Part shown: positions 19,395-30,556 of the stretch, in pieces | Layout of the letters: the number at the start of each line of letters is the position of its first letter | Numbering within the stretch: position 1 is the stretch's first letter | Source of the DNA: Cyanobacteria bacterium P01_A01_bin.123 | GTDB taxonomy: Bacteria > Cyanobacteriota > Cyanobacteriia > Phormidesmidales > Phormidesmidaceae | Direction of reading: 5' to 3' | Length of the DNA stretch: 64,000 nucleotides | Assembly (NCBI GenBank): GCA_039815185.1 | Contig: JBCBZT010000026.1 | Location: 32,001 to 96,000, forward strand | Translations under genes and position numbers: made by a program | The notes under the pieces: model-generated | The model's database searches: none | What the model was told of the DNA's origin: nothing | Seen by the model: the letters and a program-made list of their open reading frames with translations, nothing else

Positions 19395-22300
19395 ATGGAT
19401 TCATTTAAGCATAATAATCAGTTTGAAGGCGTACATGTCTGGTTTGAACAGCAAGTTGATAAGGCTCCAGACGCGATCGCTATTGTGTCTGGCATGCAGC
19501 AATATAGCTATCGAGAACTTAATCACCAGGCGAATCAATTAGCAAGATATCTAAAAAAGTTAGATGTTAAGCCAGAAACACTGATCGGCATCTGCGTAGA
19601 GCGATCGCCAATTATGATAGTTGCGCTATTAGCCGTGCTAAAAGCTGGTGGTGCATACGTCCCTATTGACCCGACGTACCCTAGAGAAAGAGTCACTCTG
19701 ATGCTGGAAGACTCACAGGTACCAATCGTTCTAACCCAGCAACAACATATCTCCAATCTGCCTACCCCCAAAGCCACCATTGTTTGTCTAGATACAGACT
19801 GGCCGGTCATTGCTGAAGAAAAAACAGCCAATTTAGACACAGCAATTACTAGCGACAATTTGGCCTACATCATCTATACCTCCGGCTCTACAGGTAAACC
19901 GAAAGGGGTAATGATCGAGCACCACGCTTTGGCAAATTTCGTTCAGGCGATTGGTCGGAACTACGAGATCATCGCAACTGATCGGGTCTTGCAATTTGCG
20001 TCTGTCAGCTTTGATGTAGCAGTTGAAGAAATCTTTGTCACCTTAGCCAAAGGGGCGACCCTGATCCTACGCTCTCAAGACATGCTGCGGTCTATTCCAG
20101 CATTTCTGGAAACCTGTAAAGCATGGGACTTAACAGTTCTGAATTTACCCACTGCCTTCTGGCACAAAATTTGTGCTGAATTACCCCAGACCGAAATTCC
20201 AACCTGTGTAAGGCTAGTCGTCATTGGTAGCGAACGTGCCATACCCCGTTGGCTGACGATCTGGCAGCAGCATGCCCCAAATCATGTTCGTCTCATCAAT
20301 GCCTATGGTCCAACTGAGGCTACCGTAGGGTCAACTTTATGTGATTTAGCTGGCCCCCATGCGGTAGACACAACCGATAAACGGATACTACCTATTGGTA
20401 AACCGATTGACCACGTACAAATTTACGTCCTGAATCCAGACCTCCAGCCTGTTGGGGTTGGCGTCACTGGTGAGTTATACATTGCTGGGGCAGGGCTAGC
20501 TCGTGGGTACTTAAATCGCCCTGATCTGACTGCCGTTCGCTTTATCTATATGCAATGTGGAGAGGGGCAAATTCGTCTCTATAGGACGGGTGATTTAGTT
20601 CGTTATCGCGAAGACGGTCACCTCGAATTCCTTGGCCGAAGCGATCATCAGGAAAAAATTCGCGGCTTTCGCATTGAGTTAAATGAAATCGAAACCATCC
20701 TGGAACAACATTCAAACGTACAGCAGGCGCTGGTTCTGGCGCGGGAAGATGTTCCAGGGGATAAGCGGCTGGTAGCCTATATCGTACTGGCCTCATCCGT
20801 ATCCACTGGCAACCTGCTTGATAAACCAAAGCATCGTTTGGTACCCCATCTCCGCTCTTATCTGCGCGGCAAACTACCCAGTTACATGGTGCCTTCATCA
20901 TTCGTGTTACTGAATAGTCTGCCTCTCAGTCCAAATGGCAAGGTTGATCGGCGAGCCCTACCGGCACCTACTGCAGCACGTCCTGCCCTAGATGAAATCT
21001 ATGTTGCCCCTTGCACACCACTAGAGCAAACATTGGCTCAACTTTGGTCAGCAGTATTAGGCATCGCTGAAATTGGGGTGAACGACAACTTTTTTGAGCT
21101 AGGGGGTGACTCGCTGCAAACAACCCAGCTCATTTCTCAGATTGAAAAGAACCATCAGGTCGTTATCCCGCTTCTTGACTTTTTCAAAATACCAACCATT
21201 AGGGGACTGGCCATCCTCATTCAGGAAGTTCGGACAGATCAGCAAGTATCTACTGAACATATGACTCTGCCGCAACTGCAAGCACAGGTTGTGCTAGAGG
21301 CATCTATTCAACCGCAATACCTTGCGGAAACAGCAGCCGAGCCCAAAGCCATTTTTCTAACAGGTAGTACTGGATTCGTCGGAGCATTTCTCCTACATGA
21401 ACTCCTGCAGCAAACCCAGGCCAAGGTTTATTGCCTGGTGCGGGCTCGACATTTCTCCGAAGTCCATCAAAAAATCTGCACCACCCTAGAACGCTACTTT
21501 AATCAAGTCGAGACCTACTATTCACGTATTATTCCAGTTATTGGCGACCTAGCTCAGCCCCGATTAGGACTAACAGAGCGACGGTTTCAAGCGTTAGCTG
21601 ACTCGATTGATGTCATCTATCACTGTGGTGCGAATGTCAATTTGCTTTATCCTTACACAGCCTTGCACAGTACCAATGTAATCGGCACCCATGAGATTTT
21701 GAGGCTGGCAAGTTACGGTCAACCCAAACGTCTCCACTATCTCTCCACCCTGGATGTCTTTGAGTCAGTGGCGAAAACAGGGGTAAAAGTTTTCCATGAG
21801 AATGACAGCATTGATCGCGGTCAGGGCATCTCTAGCGGCTATGCTCAGAGCAAATGGATTGCCGAGCAGCTCGTGAAGCGAGCTGCCGAACGAGGTTTAT
21901 CAGTCTGCATTTATCGACCGGGAATGGTAACAGGGCATAGTCAGAGCGGTCACTCGAACACCGCCGACGTGCTCTGTCGTTTTGTGAAGAGTATGATCCA
22001 ACTCCGGCAAGCTCCAGATTTAGATCTGATGCTAGATATGACCCCAGTGGATTATGTGAGCCGGGCAATTGTGCAGCTTTCGTTACAGTCTGAACTATCA
22101 GGACAAACCTTTCATCTGGTTAACCCTAACCCTCTAGCCTTATCCCAGCTCGTAAATGTGCTATGTACCAGAGGCTTCCCGATTCAGCGGGCTCCCTACT
22201 TGCAGTGGCAGGCCAAGCTCAAACTAGAACCCAATGCCCTCAGTCCGTTGGCTGCGCTCTTAACACAAGCAAACGAAGACGATCAGCGCACTGGCCTAGA

Positions 22301-22484
22301 AATGTGGCTTGGCGGCAGCGATCAGTTTGACTGCACCAACACACACCAAGGCTTACAAAACTCTATTACCTGTCCTTCTGCCAACCCAAAGCTAGTAGAC
22401 ACCTATCTCAACTATTTCATCCAGAGTGGCTTTATCCAGGCTACATCTGCTTACTCCGTCTCTACTTCCTTACCCAGTGAATGA
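19395..22484 (+). CDS. Stand-alone NRPS-like enzyme: adenylation - PCP - thioester reductase (A-T-R)
   Basis: A-domain cores YTSGSTGKPKG, SFD, NAYGPTE, GELYI, YRTGD, KIRGFRIE, NGKVDR; PCP LGGDSL; SDR reductase LTGSTGFVG and YAQSKW. No condensation domain. Confidence 0.92.
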   Translation: MDSFKHNNQFEGVHVWFEQQVDKAPDAIAIVSGMQQYSYRELNHQANQLARYLKKLDVKPETLIGICVERSPIMIVALLAVLKAGGAYVPIDPTYPRERVTLMLEDSQVPIVLTQQQHISNLPTPKATIVCLDTDWPVIAEEKTANLDTAITSDNLAYIIYTSGSTGKPKGVMIEHHALANFVQAIGRNYEIIATDRVLQFASVSFDVAVEEIFVTLAKGATLILRSQDMLRSIPAFLETCKAWDLTVLNLPTAFWHKICAELPQTEIPTCVRLVVIGSERAIPRWLTIWQQHAPNHVRLINAYGPTEATVGSTLCDLAGPHAVDTTDKRILPIGKPIDHVQIYVLNPDLQPVGVGVTGELYIAGAGLARGYLNRPDLTAVRFIYMQCGEGQIRLYRTGDLVRYREDGHLEFLGRSDHQEKIRGFRIELNEIETILEQHSNVQQALVLAREDVPGDKRLVAYIVLASSVSTGNLLDKPKHRLVPHLRSYLRGKLPSYMVPSSFVLLNSLPLSPNGKVDRRALPAPTAARPALDEIYVAPCTPLEQTLAQLWSAVLGIAEIGVNDNFFELGGDSLQTTQLISQIEKNHQVVIPLLDFFKIPTIRGLAILIQEVRTDQQVSTEHMTLPQLQAQVVLEASIQPQYLAETAAEPKAIFLTGSTGFVGAFLLHELLQQTQAKVYCLVRARHFSEVHQKICTTLERYFNQVETYYSRIIPVIGDLAQPRLGLTERRFQALADSIDVIYHCGANVNLLYPYTALHSTNVIGTHEILRLASYGQPKRLHYLSTLDVFESVAKTGVKVFHENDSIDRGQGISSGYAQSKWIAEQLVKRAAERGLSVCIYRPGMVTGHSQSGHSNTADVLCRFVKSMIQLRQAPDLDLMLDMTPVDYVSRAIVQLSLQSELSGQTFHLVNPNPLALSQLVNVLCTRGFPIQRAPYLQWQAKLKLEPNALSPLAALLTQANEDDQRTGLEMWLGGSDQFDCTNTHQGLQNSITCPSANPKLVDTYLNYFIQSGFIQATSAYSVSTSLPSE

Positions 22485-23881
22485 CAATGAAAACCATGCT
22501 GTCAGGATCAAAGGTTCTTGCAGAAATTAAGTCTTGCACCATGCTGTCTATTCCCCTAGCAGCCGCCCAAGTTACCGACTCTATCACTGGTTTTGTCGAC
22601 ACCATGATGATGGGTTGGCTAGGAAGCCAATCGCTGGCTGCTGGGGCACTAGGCGCGATCTCGTTTAACTATTTATTGTGGATTACCACATCTATTGTCT
22701 CTGCTGTGAGCCCGCTGACAGCGCAAGCCTATGGCAAGGGAAATCCCCAAACCGTAAGGCAGATTTTACAGCAAGGGTTATGGTTAGCAAGCATCTTGGG
22801 TGCTCCCATAACTTTGCTACTTTGGCATGGCGGCACAATCCTGCATTATCTAGGACAAGACCCCAATACGATTGTCTTTACGGAACAATATCTGAAGGCG
22901 ATCGCTTGGGGATTTATCCCTGCCATCGGCTTCTCAGTTTTAAAGGGGTTTGTCTCTGCGCTCTCCCACCCACGGGTCGTCATGCTGATGGTGATTTTGG
23001 GCGTTTTGCTTAACATCTGTGGCAATTATGTGCTGATGTTCGGCAAGTTTGGCCTACCAGCTCTAGGGTTAGCTGGTATTGGCTGGGCCAGCACCTTATC
23101 ACTGTGGAGCACATTTCTCCTAATGCTGTTATATGTTTCTTGCCGCAAGTACTTTGCCGTCTTCAAACTTTGGTCTAAGCTACAGTTCAACCATCGCATA
23201 TTGAGTGAACTATTGCGGGTTGGCTTGCCAATTGGTGGGTTAATGTTAGTCGAAGCTGGTATCAGTGCAGTGGGTACCTTTTTGGCCGGACAATTAGGCA
23301 CTACGTCTCTAGCAGCTCACCAAATTGCCTACCAAACAGCTGGCATTATTACCTATCAGGTTGCCAGTGGCATTTCTATCGCTACCACCATACGCGTAGG
23401 CCAGTTCGTAGGTCAAAATAAGGTTCAAGCGAGCCGTTTAGCCGGATTTGTCGGCATTGGCCTAGCTGGAGCCTGCATGGGGGTATTTAGTCTAGCGTTT
23501 GTGCTAATTCCCAATCAAATTGTGGGGCTATATCTGGATGTGTCTCAGCCTGATACGGCCGATGTTGCAGCCCTTGCTAAAACCCTGCTAATCATTGCTG
23601 CACTGTTTCAAATGATTGATGGGGCTCAAGTCACCGCTGCTGGGGCACTGCGAGGTCTAAAGGATACCCAAGTACCAATGCTCATTGGAATCATGGCTCA
23701 TTGGGTCATTGGCCTACCTGTTAGTTATGTGTTGGGTATGCAGTTGGGTTTCGGTGTAGTCGGGCTTTGGTTAGGCGTTGCCACAGGACTAAGCATTGCT
23801 GCCATTGTCCTCATCTGGCGTTTTAAGACAGAATCTTGGCGAGCTATTCGTCATAGTAATCATGTCTTACGAAACTGTTAG
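22481..23881 (+). CDS. MATE family efflux transporter (NorM-like)
   Basis: VDTMMMGWLG, GLAGIGWAS, LAAHQIA, FQMIDG.Q...GALRGLKDT. Its start overlaps the 3' end of the NRPS gene. Confidence 0.92.
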   Translation: MTMKTMLSGSKVLAEIKSCTMLSIPLAAAQVTDSITGFVDTMMMGWLGSQSLAAGALGAISFNYLLWITTSIVSAVSPLTAQAYGKGNPQTVRQILQQGLWLASILGAPITLLLWHGGTILHYLGQDPNTIVFTEQYLKAIAWGFIPAIGFSVLKGFVSALSHPRVVMLMVILGVLLNICGNYVLMFGKFGLPALGLAGIGWASTLSLWSTFLLMLLYVSCRKYFAVFKLWSKLQFNHRILSELLRVGLPIGGLMLVEAGISAVGTFLAGQLGTTSLAAHQIAYQTAGIITYQVASGISIATTIRVGQFVGQNKVQASRLAGFVGIGLAGACMGVFSLAFVLIPNQIVGLYLDVSQPDTADVAALAKTLLIIAALFQMIDGAQVTAAGALRGLKDTQVPMLIGIMAHWVIGLPVSYVLGMQLGFGVVGLWLGVATGLSIAAIVLIWRFKTESWRAIRHSNHVLRNC

Positions 23882-24125
23882 CAACCTAAGACCAAACCAA
23901 TACATCCAAGCCTGATAAATAATTATCGAGTTGGGCACTCTAAGAGCGGGAACAGTTCCTAATTATCAAATATCAATTCATCTTTTTTATAAAAGAGAAT
24001 TAGAGGCATTCAGATTCGAGGAATACTACTTAACTCAAAACCAAAAATATCTGCTGATTACCTGAAAGAACTTTAACATTTCTTCACTGTCTACGCCATC
24101 TCTCAGAAACTGATAGGTTTGCAAA

Positions 24126-27062
24126 ATGAGACTGCCATTCAATCGATTAAGACGTACAGATCAATATCAACGTAAAATCCCCCTGCGACTGATCTTGGTG
24201 GTACCGTTTGTTGTAGAAATATCTGCTGCAGTAGGCTTAACAGGTTATCTCTCACTGCAAAATGGCCAACGAGCCGTCAACGAATTGGCGGGCCGACTTA
24301 GATATGAAGTCAGTAATCGAATTGATCAGGAGTTAGATCAGTATCTAACCATAGCTCAGCGGGTTACCCAGAATAATGGTGCCGCTTTCGATTTAGGCTT
24401 ATTAAACCCAGAGAACTTAGAGCAACTAGGTCACTATTTCTGGCAGCAAATGCAGATTTATCCCGTTGGCTACATTCTCTATGGAACCACATCTGGAGAT
24501 ATGGCGGCTGCAGGAGACTATTTCGAAAACGGGCAGATCGCAATTCACGAATCTTCACCTCGCTTACACCAGAATTCTAGTCTGTATACCTACCTCACTG
24601 ATGAGCAAGGGAATCGAACTGAACTAGGCGAAGTATTGCCTGATCATTCTTTCTATCAAGAAGGGTGGTATGCCGAAACCATTCGCTTAGGTCGTCCTAG
24701 TTGGACTCCGATTTATCAGTGGGAAACAGCGCCTTACACCTTATCTGTGGCGATCGCCCGTCCCGTTTATGATCCATCAGGAGAAATTATTGGCAGTATC
24801 GCTACAGAGCAGCCTCTGTCTGAAATCGGTGATTTTTTGAAAAACCTAAACGTCAGTCCCTCGGGCAAAACATTTATCCTGGAGCGTGATGGTTCACTGG
24901 TTGCAAGTTCCAGTGAGGAAGAACCTTACACATTAGTTGATGGCAAACCAGAGCGATTACAAGCAACAGATAGCTCTGATCCATTTATTCAATCTACGGC
25001 CGATTACCTGATAGCAAGGTTTGGAGATCTGAATAATATTACTGTTTCACAACAGATTGATTTTTGGATTGAAGATCAGCACCAGTTTGTTCAAGTTACG
25101 CCTTGGCAAGATGAGCTTGGATTAGATTGGCTCATGGTGGTAGTAGTCCCAGAGTCCGATTTCATGGAACAGATCGAGGCTAATACTCGCACAACAATCA
25201 TCCTTTGTCTAATGGCCCTGGTCGTTGCACTTGTATTGGGATATTTTACGTCTCGCTGGATTGCTGAACCTATTCTCCAGATTAGCCATGCCTCAGAGGC
25301 GATCGCCAATGGAGATCTTGATCAAACAGTAGAAGCCTCAAACGTGAACGAGCTTAATGTACTTTCTCATGCATTCAACCGCATGGCTCAGCAACTGAAG
25401 GAATCTTTCACAGCCTTGGCCAAGACTAATGAAGAACTAGAACTCCGTGTAAAGCAACGTACCCTTGAACTACAAGAGGCAAAGGAGTCCGCCGAGGTTG
25501 CTAATACTGCCAAGAGCGAGTTTTTAGCCAATATGAGCCATGAATTGCGAACCCCAATGAACGCCATCATTGGCTATAGCGAAATGTTACAAGAAGAAGC
25601 TGAAGAGATGAATGAAGACATCTTTAGCCAAGATTTAAATAAAATTCACGGTGCAGGCAAACATCTCCTAAATCTAATTAATGACATACTAGATTTATCA
25701 AAAATTGAAGCTGGTCACATGGAACTTTTCTTAGAAAACTTTCAGATCAGAGACCTAATTAATGAAATAGAAGCAACTATTTCACCACTCATTGAGAAGA
25801 ATAAAAACCAACTAATCATCCATTGCCCTGAAGGGATCGGTAGCATAAAGGCCGACCTCACAAAAGTTCGTCAGTCACTACTTAATCTGCTAAGTAATGC
25901 CTCTAAATTCACTCAACAAGGGACAATAGCCCTGACCGTGAGTCGTTACAGTTTTAATGAACAGCCTTGGCTGAGCTTTAAGGTGAGCGATAGTGGCATT
26001 GGGATGACATCAGAACAGATGAAAAAGTTATTCCAAGCATTTAGTCAAGCCGACGCTTCAACCACTCGAAAATATGGTGGTACAGGTCTAGGTTTAGCGA
26101 TTACTAAGAAATTTTGTGAAATGATGGGAGGAACCATCGAAGTAGAAAGTCAGATCAACAAAGGCAGTACCTTTAGTATAAATTTACCAGCAGAAGTTGG
26201 TACAAAATTATCTGACAGCGAGGTGAACAAATTAACTGCTCCTGAAAGCCTTAGTCCTCGAAAATCAACGGTTTTGGTTATTGATGACGATCCTGCAGCC
26301 CAGGATATTCTCCAGCGTTTTCTCAATAAGCAAGGATTTGATGTTATCGCAGCAAGCAACGGTAAAGAAGGACTAAGATTAGCCGAAGAGAAACAGCCAG
26401 ATGCCATTACTTTAGATGTGATGATGCCAGAGATGGATGGCTGGGAAGTTTTGAGCAAGTTAAAAGCTAATCAGACAGTCGCCCATATCCCAGTCATTAT
26501 GATGACTATGGTAGACAACAAGAATTTAGGATATGCCTTAGGCGCAGCTGATTACCTTCTTAAACCCGTCGATCGCCAACAATTAGCATCAGTCCTCCAA
26601 AAGTACCAGATCAAAAAATCTCCATCTATTCTACTCGTCGTAGAAGATGACTCGATTACTCGTGAAATGCTAAAGCGACAACTAGACATAGAAAATGTCA
26701 AAGTTATTGAGGCTTCCGATGGAAGACAAGCGCTCAGCCTCATGCAATCGACAAAGCCAGGCGTCATTATTCTTGATTTAATGATGCAAAATATGGATGG
26801 TTTCGAGCTCATTTGCCAGCTTCAAAATCAACCTGATTGGCAGTCAGTTCCGGTAGTGGTTATTACAGCTAAAGAACTCACAAGAGCAGAAAGAGAATAC
26901 CTCAACAGTCGGGTTCAGCAAATCTTCCAAAAAGGTGCTTATGATCGCAACACCTTACTTAATGAGGTAACCAGTCTGCTTTCTAAGGCATTAGACCAAG
27001 GAAAACCTGATAATCAAGAATCTACTCTAGATGAACCCAATAATGTCTTGATTGAGAAGTAA
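24126..27062 (+). CDS. Hybrid sensor histidine kinase (TM - Cache-like - TM - HAMP - HisKA - HATPase - REC - REC)
   Basis: [37 protein letters not shown], two receiver domains (LDVMMP, LDLMM). Confidence 0.93.
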   Translation: MRLPFNRLRRTDQYQRKIPLRLILVVPFVVEISAAVGLTGYLSLQNGQRAVNELAGRLRYEVSNRIDQELDQYLTIAQRVTQNNGAAFDLGLLNPENLEQLGHYFWQQMQIYPVGYILYGTTSGDMAAAGDYFENGQIAIHESSPRLHQNSSLYTYLTDEQGNRTELGEVLPDHSFYQEGWYAETIRLGRPSWTPIYQWETAPYTLSVAIARPVYDPSGEIIGSIATEQPLSEIGDFLKNLNVSPSGKTFILERDGSLVASSSEEEPYTLVDGKPERLQATDSSDPFIQSTADYLIARFGDLNNITVSQQIDFWIEDQHQFVQVTPWQDELGLDWLMVVVVPESDFMEQIEANTRTTIILCLMALVVALVLGYFTSRWIAEPILQISHASEAIANGDLDQTVEASNVNELNVLSHAFNRMAQQLKESFTALAKTNEELELRVKQRTLELQEAKESAEVANTAKSEFLANMSHELRTPMNAIIGYSEMLQEEAEEMNEDIFSQDLNKIHGAGKHLLNLINDILDLSKIEAGHMELFLENFQIRDLINEIEATISPLIEKNKNQLIIHCPEGIGSIKADLTKVRQSLLNLLSNASKFTQQGTIALTVSRYSFNEQPWLSFKVSDSGIGMTSEQMKKLFQAFSQADASTTRKYGGTGLGLAITKKFCEMMGGTIEVESQINKGSTFSINLPAEVGTKLSDSEVNKLTAPESLSPRKSTVLVIDDDPAAQDILQRFLNKQGFDVIAASNGKEGLRLAEEKQPDAITLDVMMPEMDGWEVLSKLKANQTVAHIPVIMMTMVDNKNLGYALGAADYLLKPVDRQQLASVLQKYQIKKSPSILLVVEDDSITREMLKRQLDIENVKVIEASDGRQALSLMQSTKPGVIILDLMMQNMDGFELICQLQNQPDWQSVPVVVITAKELTRAEREYLNSRVQQIFQKGAYDRNTLLNEVTSLLSKALDQGKPDNQESTLDEPNNVLIEK

Positions 27063-27151
27063 AGGATAGAATTTTCAGACACCGCTGAGACAAAGAGTCA
27101 GAAGTAAGAAATATTAGTTTTGATCAACTTAGAAATTTAAGGAGAGAAACC

Positions 27152-27529
27152 ATGACCAAAATACTCTTGGTTGAAGACAACGAAATGAATCAAGATATGC
27201 TGTCGAGGCGATTAGTTCGCAAAGGCTATGACATCATTATTGCTTCAGATGGGGCCGAAGGATTAGCCAAGTCAAAATCAGACAATCCCGATCTAATTCT
27301 CATGGATATGAGCTTACCTGTGATCGATGGTTGGGAAGCAACTCGACAGCTAAAGGCAGACCCGAAGACCCATACCATTCCAGTGATAGCGCTAACGGCC
27401 CATGCTATGTCAGGCGATCGAGAAAAAGCATTGGCAGCCGGTTGCGATGATTATGACACAAAGCCAATTGAGCTCGCACGACTAATCAACAAAATCAAGA
27501 ATTTGCTGCAGCAAGGACAGCTTGTATAA
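27152..27529 (+). CDS. Single-domain response regulator (DivK/CheY-like)
   Basis: ILLVEDNE, LMDMSLP, ALTAHAM, TKP; RBS AAGGAG. Confidence 0.93.
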   Translation: MTKILLVEDNEMNQDMLSRRLVRKGYDIIIASDGAEGLAKSKSDNPDLILMDMSLPVIDGWEATRQLKADPKTHTIPVIALTAHAMSGDREKALAAGCDDYDTKPIELARLINKIKNLLQQGQLV

Positions 27530-27555
27530 GGGTGTTGGCACACCCTTATACAAGC
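27520..27555. other. Perfect 16-bp inverted repeat overlapping the REC gene stop codon
   Basis: GCTTGTATAAGGGTGT-TGGC-ACACCCTTATACAAGC; no U-tract follows. Confidence 0.8.
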
Positions 27556-27620
27556 CTTATCTCAGAAACTTGAACCTAACCTAAGTCAATCTAGATCCTT
27601 GAGAGTGCCCTATATAAGGG

Positions 27621-29441
27621 TTGGCGATCAATTTTTATCAAAAATCACTGGCTATGATTGCTAATTTTGAGATTACAACTTCCCTCCTAGCATTCTGGCG
27701 TCATGAACTGTATGCGCCTCTCAATACTATTCAAGGATATAGTGGCCTAATTATTGATGAATTGGAAGATCAATATGGCTCTCAGAGGGATAATAACGTC
27801 ATTGAAATCTTGTCTAGCATCTTAAAATTCAGCAAAGAGATTCAGGAAATCATTGGCAACACACTTGATTCTAAAATCTTAGATGATAGAGAATGTGTTC
27901 GCAATATCATCGATTTAAGATATCTGTTAGAACAAAAGCTAATCAACAAGATTGACCAAATCAACCTGGACGTGCAAAGGATATTAACAGAGTATTCTAT
28001 AGGATTTGATTCAGATCTAGACAAGATTATAAAGTCTACTCATAACTTGAAGAGCTTATTGAGCGGCAATTTGCTTTGGTTGAAGGATTTCTCACCAACT
28101 GTTGAGCCCTCTCAACCTGAAAATAATTTTGTTGGCTTGAAAAAGAGCACAGATCAAAACAAATCAACGCTTAGTGATATAGAGCAATCTCTGAGGATTA
28201 TCAGGCATACCCACTATGATAGACAATACAACCCTCAAGACTTTAAAATTTTAGTTGTTGACAATAATAGAAGTAATCAAGAGCTACTCTATCGTCAACT
28301 TGAGCGGGAAGCCTACCATGTCGATACAGTAGAATCTGGGGAAGAAGCAATCCAAGTAATTCAGGATAAAAACTATGACTTAATCCTTCTAGATATCATA
28401 ATGCCGGGGTTGAATGGCTACCAAGTGCTGCATTATTTAAAGTGTAGCCAGTGGAAAAATATACCTGTCATTATGATCTCTTCCCTGAATGAGATAGATA
28501 GTATTACAAAATGCATCGAAATGGGTGCAGAAGATTACCTACCTAAACCTTTCAACTTTACTCTGCTAAGGGCTAGGATAGACGCTTGCTTAGAGAAGAA
28601 AGACTTACAAGATCAAGAAAAGATCTTTATTAATCAGCTGGCTTCTGCAAATAAAGAAATCGAAGCACTTAATGACAAGCTAAAAGCTGAGAATATTAGA
28701 CTGTCAACTGAGCTAGAGATTACTCGCCGACTACAGCAACTAATCTTACCAAAAGATTCTGAGCTTAGAGAGATTGAAGATATTGATATCGCTGGATTCA
28801 TGGAGCCTGCTGAAGAGGTCGGAGGAGACTACTATGATGTCCATGAATATAACGGAAGCGTTAATATCAGCATTGGAGATATTACAGGTCACGGTCTTGA
28901 AAGTGGACTGTTGATGATCATGGTTCAAACAGCTATTCGAACATTAATTGAAAATAACGAAACAGATCAGAAAAAGTTATTAAATACACTCAACCAAATT
29001 ATTATCAATAACGCCAAAAGAATTGAATCAGAGCGAAATTTAACACTTTTACTGATCAACTATGTTAAAGGAACCTTGAGCATTGCAGGTCAACATGAAG
29101 ACATTGTTATCGTTCGTGCCAGCGGCCAGATAGAACGTATCGATACTACCTATTTAGGGTTCCCAATTGGACTAGAAGAAGATATCAAGAGTTTTATCCA
29201 CGAAACTCAATTGAGTCTATCTTCGGGAGACGTCATGATTCTTTATACCGATGGAATCACAGAAGCAGAGAGTGAATGTGGAAACCAGTATGGCATGGAA
29301 CGTCTTTGTGACACAGTCCGAAAGAATCGTATGCACCCAGCTAAAACAATCAAAAAAATGGTGATTGATGATTTAAGAGCACACATCGGAGAAAATAAAA
29401 TTTTAGATGATTTAACCCTGCTTGTTCTGAAGCAGAAATAA
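27621..29441 (+). CDS. HisKA-like - REC - coiled coil - SpoIIE/PP2C Ser/Thr phosphatase
   Basis: RHELYAPLNTIQGY; LLDIIMP..YLPKP; VGGDYYD, GDITGHG, YTDGITEA, DDLTLLV. Start is TTG 27621 or ATG 27654. Confidence 0.9.
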   Translation: MAINFYQKSLAMIANFEITTSLLAFWRHELYAPLNTIQGYSGLIIDELEDQYGSQRDNNVIEILSSILKFSKEIQEIIGNTLDSKILDDRECVRNIIDLRYLLEQKLINKIDQINLDVQRILTEYSIGFDSDLDKIIKSTHNLKSLLSGNLLWLKDFSPTVEPSQPENNFVGLKKSTDQNKSTLSDIEQSLRIIRHTHYDRQYNPQDFKILVVDNNRSNQELLYRQLEREAYHVDTVESGEEAIQVIQDKNYDLILLDIIMPGLNGYQVLHYLKCSQWKNIPVIMISSLNEIDSITKCIEMGAEDYLPKPFNFTLLRARIDACLEKKDLQDQEKIFINQLASANKEIEALNDKLKAENIRLSTELEITRRLQQLILPKDSELREIEDIDIAGFMEPAEEVGGDYYDVHEYNGSVNISIGDITGHGLESGLLMIMVQTAIRTLIENNETDQKKLLNTLNQIIINNAKRIESERNLTLLLINYVKGTLSIAGQHEDIVIVRASGQIERIDTTYLGFPIGLEEDIKSFIHETQLSLSSGDVMILYTDGITEAESECGNQYGMERLCDTVRKNRMHPAKTIKKMVIDDLRAHIGENKILDDLTLLVLKQK

Positions 29442-29477
29442 AAGCAGATAGTTTTTTGACGTCCATCATATTTAAAT

Positions 29478-30047
29478 ATGACTTTAATTTTAGGAGATTT
29501 TATTGAGTACCTCCCGTCCAAAAGGGATTCTGCAACAATCAACTTTACATTTAGCTACAACTCAGCCAATCATCAGTATTTAAATAATCACTTATCATTT
29601 GGCATTATCGCCATCCATATGCTTAAGTCTATTGGAATTCAGTTTTCAAATAATGCCACAGGCAAAGAAAATGAGATCAGAAATTCTGTTGACTATATTG
29701 CTAATGAACTGTTAGAAAACTCAATCAAGTATGGCGAACATTCTTTCCATGAAATCAATATCGAAATTCACGTCTTTGAATGTAGAGTTGTTATTATATC
29801 GACAAATTTAGTTAATGAGCTTAGAGAAAAATTGTTTCAAACATATATTCAGAAAATAATTACTTCAGATGTCTCAGAATTATACTTCAAGCAGTTAGAA
29901 GAGAATATTGACAACAACCAAAAATCTGGGCTTGGTTTATTAACGATTATAAATGATTATAAAGCTAAAGTTGGGTGGAAATTTGAATCTTCCGACCATG
30001 GATACGGGACTTTAAGTTCTGTAATGGTTCAGCTCCCAGCATCTTAG
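29478..30047 (+). CDS. Slr1658-like HATPase-fold regulator (SiaB/anti-sigma kinase-like)
   Basis: YIANELLENSIKY (N box), SGLGLLTIINDY, GWKF. Confidence 0.75.
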   Translation: MTLILGDFIEYLPSKRDSATINFTFSYNSANHQYLNNHLSFGIIAIHMLKSIGIQFSNNATGKENEIRNSVDYIANELLENSIKYGEHSFHEINIEIHVFECRVVIISTNLVNELREKLFQTYIQKIITSDVSELYFKQLEENIDNNQKSGLGLLTIINDYKAKVGWKFESSDHGYGTLSSVMVQLPAS

Positions 30048-30099
30048 ACACATAAACACTTGAATTAACCCTAGTACAAAAGGATAAGCTGTCAAATTC

Positions 30100-30447
30100 A
30101 TGAATAATAAACTCGCAAAGTACTCGATCCATTATGACAGCGAATCTGAAACTATTAGCTTTAGCGGCAAGCTACGCTTTACCCAAACAGATCCTGAGTT
30201 TGCTGAGATCTCAGAATTGTTAAAAACAGTCCTTGAAAAGGATCCGCCACAGATTACACTCAACTTGGAAGAGTTAGAATTTTTGAACAGTCTAGGTATC
30301 AGCATGATTTCGAAGTTCATCATAAAGATTAGAAATAAAAAGAGTATTCACGCAATTGTTAAAGCTTCTCATGAAATTTCTTGGCAGGGTAAGTCTTTAG
30401 TGAATTTACAACGAATTATGCCCAGCCTCGAATTTACATGGGTATAA
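30100..30447 (+). CDS. Slr1659-like STAS-type protein (anti-anti-sigma/SiaC-like)
   Basis: LNLEELEFLNSLGISMISKF (phosphorylatable Ser motif), WQGKSLVNLQRIMP. Confidence 0.75.
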   Translation: MNNKLAKYSIHYDSESETISFSGKLRFTQTDPEFAEISELLKTVLEKDPPQITLNLEELEFLNSLGISMISKFIIKIRNKKSIHAIVKASHEISWQGKSLVNLQRIMPSLEFTWV

Positions 30448-30556
30448 ATAGAAAAGAATACTTTCATTCTTTGGAGAGTTCTACTTCTTCTATTGGGGAG
30501 CTTTTTCTCTCAAGATATAAAAATCCCACAAAAATGTAGATAAGCCGAAGAGAGAT

